A stretch of DNA of 64,000 bases from a virus: positions 5,268-69,267 of IMG/VR virus record IMGVR_UViG_3300045988_126190; one strand, written 5' to 3'. A program made the position numbers and the translations under genes. A model generated the notes under the pieces. It was not told the origin of the DNA, made no database searches, and worked only from the letters and a program-made list of their open reading frames with translations. Positions 8,358 to 17,603 of this stretch are shown here, one piece after another (position 1 is the first letter of the stretch; each line of letters opens with the position of its first letter).

Positions 8358-8651
8358 TTACAGATTGGAGAGCGTTGCGTCGCCGAGGACCACAGCATTG
8401 GACGCAGAGCCGAACTGGACGACTACGCACTGTTGACCGACGGTAAGATTGGCTGCGCTGCCCACATAGGGAAGCTGGATTTCGTCGGAAAACGGCTGCG
8501 TGACTCCCATTTTCCCGCTGCGGGCTGCGGAGGTCACTTTGGCGCGGTAGAAGGTCACGGCGTTCTCCATGCGGGGCTTGATGCACTTCGCCCAGATGTA
8601 CTCGCCGAGATTGTTGGCGAGCTTGAGCATTTCTTCATTCTCGTTCGGCAT
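8358..8651 (-). CDS. hypothetical phage protein
   Basis: GGAGG RBS. Packed in the operon. Confidence 0.6.
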   Translation of the reverse strand: MPNENEEMLKLANNLGEYIWAKCIKPRMENAVTFYRAKVTSAARSGKMGVTQPFSDEIQLPYVGSAANLTVGQQCVVVQFGSASNAVVLGDATLSNL

Positions 8652-8997
8652 TTGGATTTTCCTCCTTCATCAGTTTTACTTTCTTCACATTGCGTGGAAG
8701 CCGGAGCTTCGCAGCTGCAAGGGATTCGGCCAGCACGCAGAATTCGGTCTTTTCCCCGTGCAGCTCGGCGGAGAAGGTGTATTTTCTCAGAACGACATTG
8801 CACTTTGGCGTCATTTTTTTCGTCTCCTTTTTTTCAGGTGGGATTTCGATGCGCTTCCCGTTCAGGTAGGGCTTGTACCCGGCCTTGGCAAGTCTTTTGA
8901 GCTGGGCGGGCGTATAGCCGCAGTATGGAATGGAGGAACAGACACCGGCCTCGCCGGATTTTCTCATTTCGTATACGTTACAGTCCTGTTTTGCCAT
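8635..8997 (-). CDS. hypothetical phage protein (start uncertain, 8997 or 9024)
   Basis: ORF in the operon. GGGGAG precedes the internal ATG. Confidence 0.45.
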   Translation of the reverse strand: MAKQDCNVYEMRKSGEAGVCSSIPYCGYTPAQLKRLAKAGYKPYLNGKRIEIPPEKKETKKMTPKCNVVLRKYTFSAELHGEKTEFCVLAESLAAAKLRLPRNVKKVKLMKEENPNAERE

Positions 8998-9262
8998 CCC
9001 ATTCTCCCCTGTGGCAGTAGCCATCTTCCTCGTTTTCGACCCCAGTCAAAGAGCAGAACCAGCCGACCGCGTCGCCGTATTCATCGGTTACGGGGCTGGC
9101 AAACGAGCATTCATAACAGTGGACGACCTCGACGAGCTTCCCGTCACGGATTTTCTGTAAAGCCTCCATTCCCATACGGCAAGCCTCGTTGACGGGGTCG
9201 ATGCTTTCGTAGTGCTCCCGATGCTCCGGGTCAAGGATTTCGATCGCGCGATCAAGTGTCAA
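8978..9262 (-). CDS. Cys-rich hypothetical protein
   Basis: TTG start overlaps the upstream stop (TTGA). GGGGGTG RBS. Confidence 0.5.
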   Translation of the reverse strand: MTLDRAIEILDPEHREHYESIDPVNEACRMGMEALQKIRDGKLVEVVHCYECSFASPVTDEYGDAVGWFCSLTGVENEEDGYCHRGEWDGKTGL

Positions 9263-9669
9263 GCTAACGCACCCCCTGCCATGTGCAACCCCGGCAGAAC
9301 ATCCATCTTGTAGCCGCTTTTGACGAAACGCCTTGCCAGTTCCGTGTCGATTCCGTTCCACAACCACTCATAAATAACGGTGATATCAGTCTCGGAAAAC
9401 GATGTGCCGCAAAATTCGTTAATCCCACGAAGATGATACTCATGTACCTCTTTGTTTCTCCACTCCACGCTGTAATGGCAAGATTCACACGCCTCCCGTG
9501 ATAACCACTCAAGGCACTTTACCCTCACATCTTCTTCCGTTTCGCACTTTCCCAATGCAAAATAGGAATTCACACGCGGGTTCGGGTCGGCAACAAACTC
9601 GATTTGGCCGTTAATGATTGCTTTTGGGAATGCGTGGAACAACTTTTTCAATGTACTCTGGTTAACCAT
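9259..9669 (-). CDS. hypothetical phage protein
   Basis: GGAGGAG RBS. 136 aa. Confidence 0.6.
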   Translation of the reverse strand: MVNQSTLKKLFHAFPKAIINGQIEFVADPNPRVNSYFALGKCETEEDVRVKCLEWLSREACESCHYSVEWRNKEVHEYHLRGINEFCGTSFSETDITVIYEWLWNGIDTELARRFVKSGYKMDVLPGLHMAGGALA

Positions 9670-9898
9670 GATTCTCCTCCTTGTAATTGTCCTTCATGTT
9701 CCGATTTCGACGGCAGCAGGAGCATTTTTGATAGCGCTTGCCGTTCCATTTGCAGCCGTCGCAGGTATTGCCTGACCGCCGCGCCGCGTCATGTCTCAAT
9801 TCCTTCGGCACCATCTGCCGGTATGCAGCGCCGCTCTCATCATAAAGCGAATTTTCGGATTTTGACGTTCCCCCAAGAGCAAACATAAATCTTTCCAT
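9662..9898 (-). CDS. Cys-rich hypothetical protein
   Basis: ATG overlaps the upstream TGA. Confidence 0.5.
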   Translation of the reverse strand: MERFMFALGGTSKSENSLYDESGAAYRQMVPKELRHDAARRSGNTCDGCKWNGKRYQKCSCCRRNRNMKDNYKEENHG

Positions 9899-10206
9899 CA
9901 CGCGTCACCGTCCTTTCGTTTTCCGTAACTGCAAAAGTCGTCCGCGTCCGGCGTTTCGTCTTCCCGCCATCGGCATTCTTCGTTCGGATAGCCGCCGTTG
10001 TTGTCCTGCCAGTACCGGCAATCCTCGCACCGGATAACCGATACTGCATCAATAGTCGGTTCTTGCTGCAAGAGCCATTTCAAGGACTCGTAGTCCCTAT
10101 CGCCAGAGCCGACCAATGGAACACAGTGGCATCGCTTGATTTCTCTGGCAAGAAACGCATCCGCATCAATCACCCGCATTATCATCACCGTCCTTTCGTT
10201 CCCCAT
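9898..10206 (-). CDS. hypothetical protein (start uncertain)
   Basis: ORF with several candidate ATGs (10206/10185/10179). Confidence 0.5.
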   Translation of the reverse strand: MGNERTVMIMRVIDADAFLAREIKRCHCVPLVGSGDRDYESLKWLLQQEPTIDAVSVIRCEDCRYWQDNNGGYPNEECRWREDETPDADDFCSYGKRKDGDA

Positions 10207-10360
10207 TCCAGCAAAACCAGTCTGGGCTTACTTTGCATGGAGAACAAAGCAGTCTATCGACCCAAGACACTTTTCCATTACCACCAGTAGCACATTTCTT
10301 CGACTGACAAGTCCTGTTCTCATTGTGGTAATAAATGCAGTCCTTACATGGATTTCGCAT
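10166..10360 (-). CDS. Cys-rich small protein
   Basis: Internal ATG with a GGAGG RBS. The upstream part of the track ORF overlaps the previous gene. Confidence 0.45.
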   Translation of the reverse strand: MRNPCKDCIYYHNENRTCQSKKCATGGNGKVSWVDRLLCSPCKVSPDWFCWNGERKDGDDNAGD

Positions 10361-10706
10361 CGTTGTCGCCTCCGTCCATGCGGCATCCGCAATTAGGACA
10401 ATAATTTGGCAATTTATATCTGTCATTGACAATCTCGCCACATTCACTGCAAGTATGGTCAAAATAGAAACAATAATAATCATCATCTGTATGAAAACTA
10501 TCATCGTCTTTAATCCAATGCCCATGCACCACCGGCGCAACGTCGGCGGCGGGCGCGTTTTCAACCGAACTTATAACATCTTCGCAATCAAACATCCCCT
10601 CTGGATATTTCATGCTTCTCCCATACACGCCGCCAGCGTCTGCCCAACAAGTAGGCAAATCCTTAATATGCGCTATCAGTGCTTCTCTTTCGACGTATTC
10701 AGCCAT
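10344..10706 (-). CDS. zinc-ribbon protein
   Basis: MAEYVEREAL...CSECG...CPNCG. AGGAGGG RBS. Confidence 0.55.
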   Translation of the reverse strand: MAEYVEREALIAHIKDLPTCWADAGGVYGRSMKYPEGMFDCEDVISSVENAPAADVAPVVHGHWIKDDDSFHTDDDYYCFYFDHTCSECGEIVNDRYKLPNYCPNCGCRMDGGDNDAKSM

Positions 10707-10881
10707 CGTTACCCTCCTTTCCTCCGTGGAACCATTCCTGCAGCTCGTGCGCACACGAAACGCACAATTCATAGTCGTTGTCGTCTATGTCGTTCTTTCG
10801 CAGCCGTATGCCTGCGTAAGTTACAGAGATCTTTGGATAGATTTCCGCGCCGCAGCGATCACATATCAGTTTTGTTGCCAT
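10699..10881 (-). CDS. small zinc-ribbon protein
   Basis: MATKLICDRCG...CVSC. GGAGGG RBS. Confidence 0.45.
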   Translation of the reverse strand: MATKLICDRCGAEIYPKISVTYAGIRLRKNDIDDNDYELCVSCAHELQEWFHGGKEGNDG

Positions 10882-11107
10882 TGTCAGCCCTCCTGTTCCA
10901 CAAACTAGAAATATAACGCTTTGCCTCTCGTTCTGGATTTTTAACCCAGCGCGGAATATGATAGCGATGCCTGATTTCTGCGCCGCATTGTTCGCAATGG
11001 GCTTGCACCTCGAAGTAATGCGGATTTTCACATTCATCGATTGCCCCGATGCCTCGCGAAGCTCTGCCGCCGCAGAACGGGCAGGGCTTCAGATTAGCAT
11101 TATCCAT
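10859..11107 (-). CDS. Lar-family restriction-alleviation-like protein
   Basis: LKPCPFCGG near the N-terminus and WNRR near the C-terminus. Confidence 0.6.
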   Translation of the reverse strand: MDNANLKPCPFCGGRASRGIGAIDECENPHYFEVQAHCEQCGAEIRHRYHIPRWVKNPEREAKRYISSLWNRRADNGNKTDM

Positions 11108-11279
11108 CGTCAATCCTCCTTTCCCACGCGTCTATAACTTTGTCTTTGTCCTCGGACTCTTTTGTCCGATTGAAGCAACCTCCGCAAGCGACGTAATACA
11201 CCGTCCCGCACATCGTATATCTTTCCAGCATGCTGATGTTCGCCGACCCGCAGAAGGGACAAGCCTTAAGTTCAACCAT
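11100..11279 (-). CDS. second Lar-family-like protein (59 aa, not in track)
   Basis: Own translation: MVELKACPFCGS...IDAWERRIDDG. Its stop overlaps the next start. Confidence 0.55.
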   Translation of the reverse strand: MVELKACPFCGSANISMLERYTMCGTVYYVACGGCFNRTKESEDKDKVIDAWERRIDDG

Positions 11280-11640
11280 CCCTTACCATCCTTTCCAGCC
11301 AGTCGATGACTTGCTCCTCAACCTGAACGCGCCCTTTGTAAAACCCCATCGGCATAATATTGTTCACGCTTTCGGCCATAACGTAGTTCTCGTCGTCGTG
11401 CTGGTGCTGTCTTTTTAGGTGCTCGAGCTGGAACTTCAGCGCAGCATTTTTTACTTCCAGTTTTTTGTTCCCGTATTGCCTCGGGCCGATGTCCGGAGCT
11501 CTGTTTATGATGTTCTCGATTACTTGCAGCACCCGCAGAATCGTGTCGGGATCGCAGACCTCGGTGTTCCACGTTTTGAGGTTTTTGTATTCGCTCAGCT
11601 CTTTCAACAGCCACTCGCGGCTTGTGTAACGGTCAGCCAT
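11272..11640 (-). CDS. hypothetical phage protein
   Basis: 122-aa ORF in the operon. Confidence 0.6.
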   Translation of the reverse strand: MADRYTSREWLLKELSEYKNLKTWNTEVCDPDTILRVLQVIENIINRAPDIGPRQYGNKKLEVKNAALKFQLEHLKRQHQHDDENYVMAESVNNIMPMGFYKGRVQVEEQVIDWLERMVRDG

Positions 11641-12100
11641 TTTGTGCCTCCTTCAATGCCGCCTCCGCTTCCTCGCGGGTTAGGAATACGGTCTTGCCGA
11701 CCGCCAAATCCCATCTTACACACTGCGTACTTGTCCAGTCGCAGTCGATGTCAGCCCAGAGGCGCGGTTCCGTATAGCCGTTCACATGGAACTGCCCGAT
11801 GCGCTTCTCAACTACCTTGTCGCAAAACTCGGTATACACGGTCGATCCAACCTTGCACGGCAGGATAACTGCGCGTCCCTCCTTGTCGGCCTCGGCCAGC
11901 TCACGCAAGCGGTCATAGCTGCCGATGCTGTTAAGCACTCGCATCATGGCGTCCCATTCAGCCCACAGGCTAGCCACTTCGCCCGGTGACAGCCCAACGT
12001 CCTCATAAGCCGCAAGGCGTATCATCGCGCGGCCTACATCGCCTGTCGGGATTGCGCGTATATGTCCGCCGAGCCTTTCGTATTTCGTCAGTCGTTTCAT
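11633..12100 (-). CDS. hypothetical phage protein
   Basis: ATG overlaps the upstream TAA (TAATG). GGAGGGAG RBS. Confidence 0.55.
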   Translation of the reverse strand: MKRLTKYERLGGHIRAIPTGDVGRAMIRLAAYEDVGLSPGEVASLWAEWDAMMRVLNSIGSYDRLRELAEADKEGRAVILPCKVGSTVYTEFCDKVVEKRIGQFHVNGYTEPRLWADIDCDWTSTQCVRWDLAVGKTVFLTREEAEAALKEAQNG

Positions 12101-12474
12101 TATGCTCCCTCCTTCGGCGCTTCCGGCAGCGGCATCCAATAAACAATTTCGTCGCCCCAAGCGTCCCAAAAGTCCGTTGGGGCAAGCCAGTCTATTCCGT
12201 TCCAAATCGCTACCATAAAGAGCTTTCGCCTCGTATACACAAGCATAGCTTCGCTTTTTCTTGTATTTTGGTGCACTTCTGGCAAGCGCTCCTCCACCGG
12301 AATCCACCTCGGCACCTTCGCTTCCAGCTCCGCAATTCGTGCCGCCTGCTGCTCGATCAGGTCGGCGGCATCAAAGATCATTGTGTCGCAGTCCAATCTC
12401 TTGCAATATGGGCAATCTCCGCAGGACCGTCTTCCGCACGCCCGCAGTGCCTTAACAATCTCATCTTTTGTCAT
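12100..12474 (-). CDS. DUF551-like protein
   Basis: PRWIPVEERLP...YWMPLPEAP. The N-terminus is near-identical to the 33799 product. Confidence 0.6.
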   Translation of the reverse strand: MTKDEIVKALRACGRRSCGDCPYCKRLDCDTMIFDAADLIEQQAARIAELEAKVPRWIPVEERLPEVHQNTRKSEAMLVYTRRKLFMVAIWNGIDWLAPTDFWDAWGDEIVYWMPLPEAPKEGA

Positions 12475-13181
12475 GTCGCTTCCTCCTCATACGCCTCTCT
12501 CAGTTTCCGAATCACGCTGCCGCCGTAGCTGTTTTCTGTGAGCTTGATAAACTCCTCCACCGTCAGCAGCTCGTCATCCGTGAGTTTGTATCCGTGGCGC
12601 TTGGCGAACTCCGACCGCCCCATATCGCAGGAGCCGGTCAGCCTGTGATGCCAGCCGTAGTAATCTGCCGAGGGATATTGCTTTCCCCACTCGTGCGCCT
12701 TGACGAACTCGGCAATTCTCTCCTCCTCCGGCATATCCTCGAACAGTTTGTCCCGCAGCGCATCCATCGCCGCGCGGAGCGTTTTCCCGTGGGCAAAAAG
12801 GCTGCCCTGCTTGACGATGTAGCAATCCTCTGTCGAGAGGTCGTCGCAAAGAATTCGCCCCTTGGCAGCGTTCCCGTGTACATGGTCAATGAGCGTTGGA
12901 ACGTCGTCAATTTGATATACCTTTTGGCCGCAAAAGGACACAACCCCCTTGTCGTAGCCGTAGCCGGAGCCGTAGCCGGGGCCGTAGCCGGGGCCGCAAC
13001 CGGAGCCGTAGCCGGAGCCGTAGCCGTCGCCGTAGCCGGAACCGTCATCGCCGCCGTAGCCGGAGCCGCCGCCGGAGCCTAATCCGTCGCCGTAGCTGGA
13101 GCCGCCGCCGGAGCCGTCGCCGCGGCCGATGCTGTCTACAGCCTCAGCGAACCGCTCCGCCGCCGTTTTCAGCGCTTCCAT
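12471..13181 (-). CDS. protein with Gly/Tyr/Ser-rich low-complexity N-terminal region
   Basis: About 60 aa of GSGYG/GPGYG repeats followed by a globular C-terminal domain. Confidence 0.65.
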   Translation of the reverse strand: MEALKTAAERFAEAVDSIGRGDGSGGGSSYGDGLGSGGGSGYGGDDGSGYGDGYGSGYGSGCGPGYGPGYGSGYGYDKGVVSFCGQKVYQIDDVPTLIDHVHGNAAKGRILCDDLSTEDCYIVKQGSLFAHGKTLRAAMDALRDKLFEDMPEEERIAEFVKAHEWGKQYPSADYYGWHHRLTGSCDMGRSEFAKRHGYKLTDDELLTVEEFIKLTENSYGGSVIRKLREAYEEEAT

Positions 13182-13489
13182 ACCTTTACCTCACCCAGAA
13201 TCTTCACCGCCTTATCCGAGCACGGCAAAATCTGGATTGCGTCCGTGACAACCATTTCCGGCACAACCACGGTAAATTTGCAGCTGCTCGGATTCGTCAC
13301 GCCGTCTACCGCCAGCTGCTCCACCGCGCAGGCGCCCTCCCAATGCCACAGCTTCCGCACATTCCGCAGCTCGACCTCCCGCCCGTTCCGACCGGCGATC
13401 TGCCCGAAGAACACGCCGCTCCGGTCGCCTCGGATGATGTAATACTTGTTTTCCACGTTAATTTCCTCCTTCAAATTTTTGGTTGTCAT
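13169..13489 (-). CDS. hypothetical phage protein
   Basis: 106-aa ORF. Confidence 0.6.
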   Translation of the reverse strand: MTTKNLKEEINVENKYYIIRGDRSGVFFGQIAGRNGREVELRNVRKLWHWEGACAVEQLAVDGVTNPSSCKFTVVVPEMVVTDAIQILPCSDKAVKILGEVKVWKR

Positions 13490-14376
13490 ATTGTCGTTGC
13501 TCCTTTCAGCCTGTAGTTTCTCGCCCGGTCTTTTCCTACGGTGATAGCGCTGCCCTTGGCCCGCTCGTAGATTCGGCTACCTACCGCCTCGTCAATGTCG
13601 AGCAGTTCGTCCTCTGTCAGCTCAGTCGAAATGATCGTGATGGATTTGGGGTTGGAATACCGGAAGTTCAGAATCTCAAACGCGACGTTGATATCTGCAA
13701 TGGTCGGCTTTTGATAGTCGCCATTTGGCGATTTGCCTGTCTTAAAGAGGTCGTCTATGTAGAGGACATCGACCGTCTTGTATACATCGACCATCTTCTT
13801 GTAAGTTTCCGAGTCACCAACGTTAGCTTTTATCGCGACAATTTCATCGCGCCACAGCATATATCTTACGTTTTTTCCAGCAAGCAGAAACTCGCGGCAG
13901 ATTGCTGTGCAGATGTGAGTTTTGCCGCAGCCAACTTGTCCGCCGACGAAGAACCATCCTTCTGGGCTTTCAGCATAGGTCATGGCTGCTTTCTTCAAAG
14001 CTTCCTGCCACGGTTCTGTTGCCTCAAATTTGTCGAACGTGTAGTCTCGGATGATATCTTTCAGGCCGCTGCGCCGCATCCGAAGGATTGAGTTCCGCAC
14101 AGGAATGCATTTGCAATCGCTTATGCTGTGGCTGAACGTCCCATCATCAAACTCCACCACGTTGGCGATATAGCCTTTGTTTTTGCACAGCAGACACTCG
14201 TAACCGTCTTCCTCGTTGCGCCGACCAATATCGTCATTTATACTGTTTACTCGGAATTGGGCATACTCTCTGGGAGAAAGAGGCTTAAACGTAGTGCCCG
14301 TACCGCGTAGTTGGTTGAGAAAATCCTTGATTCCCTCCACCAGATTCCCTCCTTTCGTGGTTTTCGTAATTCCCAT
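13486..14376 (-). CDS. DnaC/IstB-like ATPase (helicase loader)
   Basis: Walker A GGQVGCGKTH and Walker B VLYIDDL. The start is uncertain. Confidence 0.8.
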   Translation of the reverse strand: MGITKTTKGGNLVEGIKDFLNQLRGTGTTFKPLSPREYAQFRVNSINDDIGRRNEEDGYECLLCKNKGYIANVVEFDDGTFSHSISDCKCIPVRNSILRMRRSGLKDIIRDYTFDKFEATEPWQEALKKAAMTYAESPEGWFFVGGQVGCGKTHICTAICREFLLAGKNVRYMLWRDEIVAIKANVGDSETYKKMVDVYKTVDVLYIDDLFKTGKSPNGDYQKPTIADINVAFEILNFRYSNPKSITIISTELTEDELLDIDEAVGSRIYERAKGSAITVGKDRARNYRLKGATTI

Positions 14377-15121
14377 CCAAAACCTTTGGGAAGTTGTTTG
14401 GACGAATGAACCAGTCAAACGTGATGTCAAAGCCTTCCTTCGTGCGCCCCATGAGAAAATCGGAAGATTTAACGTTCTCAACAGCTTTCAGCACACTTTC
14501 CAGCCCGTAGTCCTTTATTCGCCTTTTCAGCCACGTGTACCGATCTGTGTTTTCGACAATCGCCCGGATTTGCTTCACGCCGATGGAATTCCATGCATCA
14601 ATTACAGACTGTATCTCTTTCTTATTACCATTTTCATTACCATTTTCATTATCAGTTTCATATTCATTTTCATTTTCAGCGTTTGTTGTGGTTTTTGTCG
14701 CAACAAAATTCGTATCAAAATCGGAAGAAAACTCAGATTTTTGTTTTTCTACTGCCTTCCCTCGCCTTGCTGAAGCCCTGATATCACTGAGTTTTCCGTC
14801 TTTCACCATACGGCGCTGAGAAAGCGAATCCCCATTTAACTGAATTACGTTTTCTTCGAGCAGTTCTTCCAGTGACCGCTTGATTACATCCACTGTGTAT
14901 GGCATTTGTCGAGAAAGTTTAACGGCAAAATCTGTAATTTTGTTCTCGTTTTGTTTGTCTTTTTGTCGCAACAAAATAGAACCGTATGTTTCGGACTTGT
15001 GAAGGAGACACATAAGTCGGATGTAGACCCCCGTACTCTCGGCACTGCATTCGTTGAGTTTTTCGTCACTCAAAAAATCCTGAACATAGAGCGGAAGGTA
15101 TGGCTGATTTCGTAGTGCCAT
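14285..15121 (-). CDS. replisome organizer (DUF1376/DnaD-like)
   Basis: N-terminal YLPLYVQDFLSDEKL. Internal NENG repeat. Sits upstream of the loader. Confidence 0.7.
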   Translation of the reverse strand: MALRNQPYLPLYVQDFLSDEKLNECSAESTGVYIRLMCLLHKSETYGSILLRQKDKQNENKITDFAVKLSRQMPYTVDVIKRSLEELLEENVIQLNGDSLSQRRMVKDGKLSDIRASARRGKAVEKQKSEFSSDFDTNFVATKTTTNAENENEYETDNENGNENGNKKEIQSVIDAWNSIGVKQIRAIVENTDRYTWLKRRIKDYGLESVLKAVENVKSSDFLMGRTKEGFDITFDWFIRPNNFPKVLDGNYENHERRESGGGNQGFSQPTTRYGHYV

Positions 15122-15137
15122 TCACACTCCCTCCCGG

Positions 15138-15569
15138 TCAGAAGGGCAACTCGGAGGGGTCGTCGGTCATCAGGGTATAGTCGGCGGTGCCAGCTGTGCT
15201 GGTCGGGGCTGCTGTGGCGGCAGAAGCAGGATAAGCGCCGGTGTTACTCGCACGGCTCTCGCCGAAGTAGATATTCTCGACGTTGATCTCTGCGGTCTTG
15301 CGCTTGTTGCCGTCACGGTCTGTCCATGAGCGGAATTGCAAGCGTCCGACGACCATGACGAGGCTGCCTTTGTGCATGGAGTTGGCAACAAACTCCGCCG
15401 TAGCGCGCCAAGCGACGCATTCGATAAACTGGGCTTCCTTTTCGCCGGAGTCGGAGCGCCGGTCCTCATCGACGGCAATGGTGAACGTGGTGACTGCAAT
15501 ACCGGACGGGGTGCGGCGCATCTCCGGTTCCTTGGTGAGGCGGCCGCCAAAAATGCATTTGTTGAGCAT
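15138..15569 (-). CDS. ssb: single-stranded DNA-binding protein
   Basis: OB-fold sequence and acidic C-terminal DDPSELPF. Confidence 0.9.
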   Translation of the reverse strand: MLNKCIFGGRLTKEPEMRRTPSGIAVTTFTIAVDEDRRSDSGEKEAQFIECVAWRATAEFVANSMHKGSLVMVVGRLQFRSWTDRDGNKRKTAEINVENIYFGESRASNTGAYPASAATAAPTSTAGTADYTLMTDDPSELPF

Positions 15570-15570
15570 G

Positions 15571-16179
15571 TTAATACCAATTCCTTTCATCTTCGTCGTC
15601 GCTGAAGGGGTTCGTGTCAGCGAGTTCGGTTTGCTCGTGATCGCTCGGATCGAGCTCCGGATTGCCCCAATCGGGCGGAGCACCGAAGTCGGGGAGCTTG
15701 TCGTAGGTGCTGTCGCGTTTTTTTGGCTTGCGCGGCTTTTTCTTTGCGTCCTTTGCCGAGAGCATCGGGTCGGGCGGCGCGTCGAAAACGCCGTAGAGGT
15801 TGTTAAACAGCGTATTCAGCAATTGACCGGGGACAAAAAAGCTGATTTCAAAGCTGCGGGAAACCTTTTCCGTTCCGGCCACGCTGTACTTGGTGTCTCT
15901 CTTGGTGATGTAGGGGCGCTCGGTGTAGGTGCCGAATGCGACGATGTAGTCGCCGGCTTCAAGTCCCTTGGCGATGTCGTACACCGACGACCGCTTACGG
16001 ATGATGCAGTTGAGGAAAATACCCTTCTTCAGCCGGAGAGCAAACTCGCAGTAGGGGCTTTTGCTTCGGCACTTCTCGACGGAATTGCGGGTGACCTCGC
16101 CCCAAGCAATGCACGACCAGTGCTGTACCCCACTATCGTCGGTAATCAGCGGCGTTCGGAATAATCCGCCGTATTTCAT
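15571..16179 (-). CDS. hypothetical protein with acidic aromatic C-terminal tail
   Basis: 202 aa, ends in FSDDEDERNWY. Lies between recT and ssb. Confidence 0.6.
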   Translation of the reverse strand: MKYGGLFRTPLITDDSGVQHWSCIAWGEVTRNSVEKCRSKSPYCEFALRLKKGIFLNCIIRKRSSVYDIAKGLEAGDYIVAFGTYTERPYITKRDTKYSVAGTEKVSRSFEISFFVPGQLLNTLFNNLYGVFDAPPDPMLSAKDAKKKPRKPKKRDSTYDKLPDFGAPPDWGNPELDPSDHEQTELADTNPFSDDEDERNWY

Positions 16180-16236
16180 GTTGTTCCCTCCTTTGCCGCC
16201 GCATCGGCGCGGACACGGCGGCGGTTATCAGCATGG

Positions 16237-17244
16237 TCAGTCATTGAAAAAGCTCTCCTGCGCCGGAGATGCCATTTTTTTCGCCGTAGACGGCTTTTCG
16301 GCTTCCGGGGTGAAATTAGACACCGGAACATCAATCGTTTCACCAGCGTCAAAATTCGCGCTCTCAGAGGCATCTGGAAGCGAATCAACGGGTGTAGCAT
16401 CAATCAGAGCACCGGAAATGGGGTTCGGAGCGTCCAAAATCGGCGCTTCGCCGTCCTTTTCCGGCGCGCTGTCAATGGCGATTGCCTCGCGGATGGATTT
16501 CGGGGCGCGGCCGTCGGACAGCAGCTGCTTGTACATGGTTTTCTTGCACATTTTGATGTGCGGTTCCTCATTGGGCAGTGCATACCACGAAGAGCCGGAC
16601 TGCTTCTTTGCAATTTCTTCGTCGGACAGCTCGTGATTCAGAATCATGTCATAAGTCTTTCTGTTAAACGCTTTACTATACTTGTCTGCGTGGCGAAGAA
16701 TTTTTTCGTGTGTCCAATAAATAGCTTGGAAATAGTTGTTGTAGTCGTCGTTGAGCATGAAAAACGCGTAGTAGCCGACGATGGGGAGCTGGTCGCGCAC
16801 GTCGTCGTCCTCAATCCACTCAAAGATCGGGGCGCGGGTGCGGGGGTCTCTGCCCTTGTATTCGCCCTGACGCACATCGAAGCAGTCGATGGCAGAGTAC
16901 TTTCCAGAGCGGATAGAAAGCTGCTGCAAACCCTTTGCGCCGATCTGGAAGGCAGCCTTTGTTCCGTAGGGAACGACGCTGTATTCGCCGAATTCTTCAG
17001 ACAGGTCAAGGCCGATTTCACCGTAAAGGACAGAGGAAACGATGGAGGCGGGGTCACAGTTTTGCAGTTTGGGAGACTTAGAGACGATGCGCTTCATGGT
17101 GGCAATGAGCCGCGCGGCCTTTTCGGCGCTGCCGCCGACCTGCTTGGTCAGACCGGCAACAATCGCATTTTGGTTTACGTAGCTGGTAAAGCTGGTGACA
17201 GGAGCGGCCGGTCTTGCGGCGGAAATCTGGTTATTTGCTTTCAT
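16237..17244 (-). CDS. recT: RecT-family single-strand annealing protein
   Basis: Characteristic RecT core (AAFQIGAKGL...IVGYYAFF). Neighbours are an exonuclease and SSB. Confidence 0.85.
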   Translation of the reverse strand: MKANNQISAARPAAPVTSFTSYVNQNAIVAGLTKQVGGSAEKAARLIATMKRIVSKSPKLQNCDPASIVSSVLYGEIGLDLSEEFGEYSVVPYGTKAAFQIGAKGLQQLSIRSGKYSAIDCFDVRQGEYKGRDPRTRAPIFEWIEDDDVRDQLPIVGYYAFFMLNDDYNNYFQAIYWTHEKILRHADKYSKAFNRKTYDMILNHELSDEEIAKKQSGSSWYALPNEEPHIKMCKKTMYKQLLSDGRAPKSIREAIAIDSAPEKDGEAPILDAPNPISGALIDATPVDSLPDASESANFDAGETIDVPVSNFTPEAEKPSTAKKMASPAQESFFND

Positions 17245-17260
17245 TCTTATAAAACACCTC

Positions 17261-17599
17261 TTATTTCGTTTTAGATTTACACTCTAATTTGCGCTTACGA
17301 TACCGAACGGCTTGAACAGTAACAGAGAGCATCGCGCTGATCTCACGCAGGGACTTCCCCTCGTCAAGGAGAGCGGTCAAGGTCTGATCAGAGAATCGAT
17401 GCGGTCTGCCGGGGTTGTCGAACATGCCCTCATTGGGAGAGCGCGCGTTTCTGAGGCAATTCACACATTCGGGATAGGGGCAATGCAGGCAGCGTTCGAT
17501 TTGCTCCGGGGTATCGCGATTGACGCTTCTTCCGACATGCGCTTCAGCGGCAGGCGCGGCATTCCAAGGATAGCGGCCGGAAACACCAAAGAAATTCAC
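17261..17599 (-). CDS. Cys-cluster + HTH (sigma-70 region-4-like) protein
   Basis: GTG start with a GGGAGGTG RBS. CLHCPYPECVNC followed by LREISAMLSVTVQAVRYRKRKL. Confidence 0.55.
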   Translation of the reverse strand: MNFFGVSGRYPWNAAPAAEAHVGRSVNRDTPEQIERCLHCPYPECVNCLRNARSPNEGMFDNPGRPHRFSDQTLTALLDEGKSLREISAMLSVTVQAVRYRKRKLECKSKTK

Positions 17600-17603
17600 T
17601 TCC

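Noticed and set aside
12896-13516. + strand Arg/Ser-rich 206-aa ORF and other frames over the GY repeat
   Set aside because: These are alternative frames of the tandem DNA repeat. The minus-strand gene continues into a globular domain and fits the operon.
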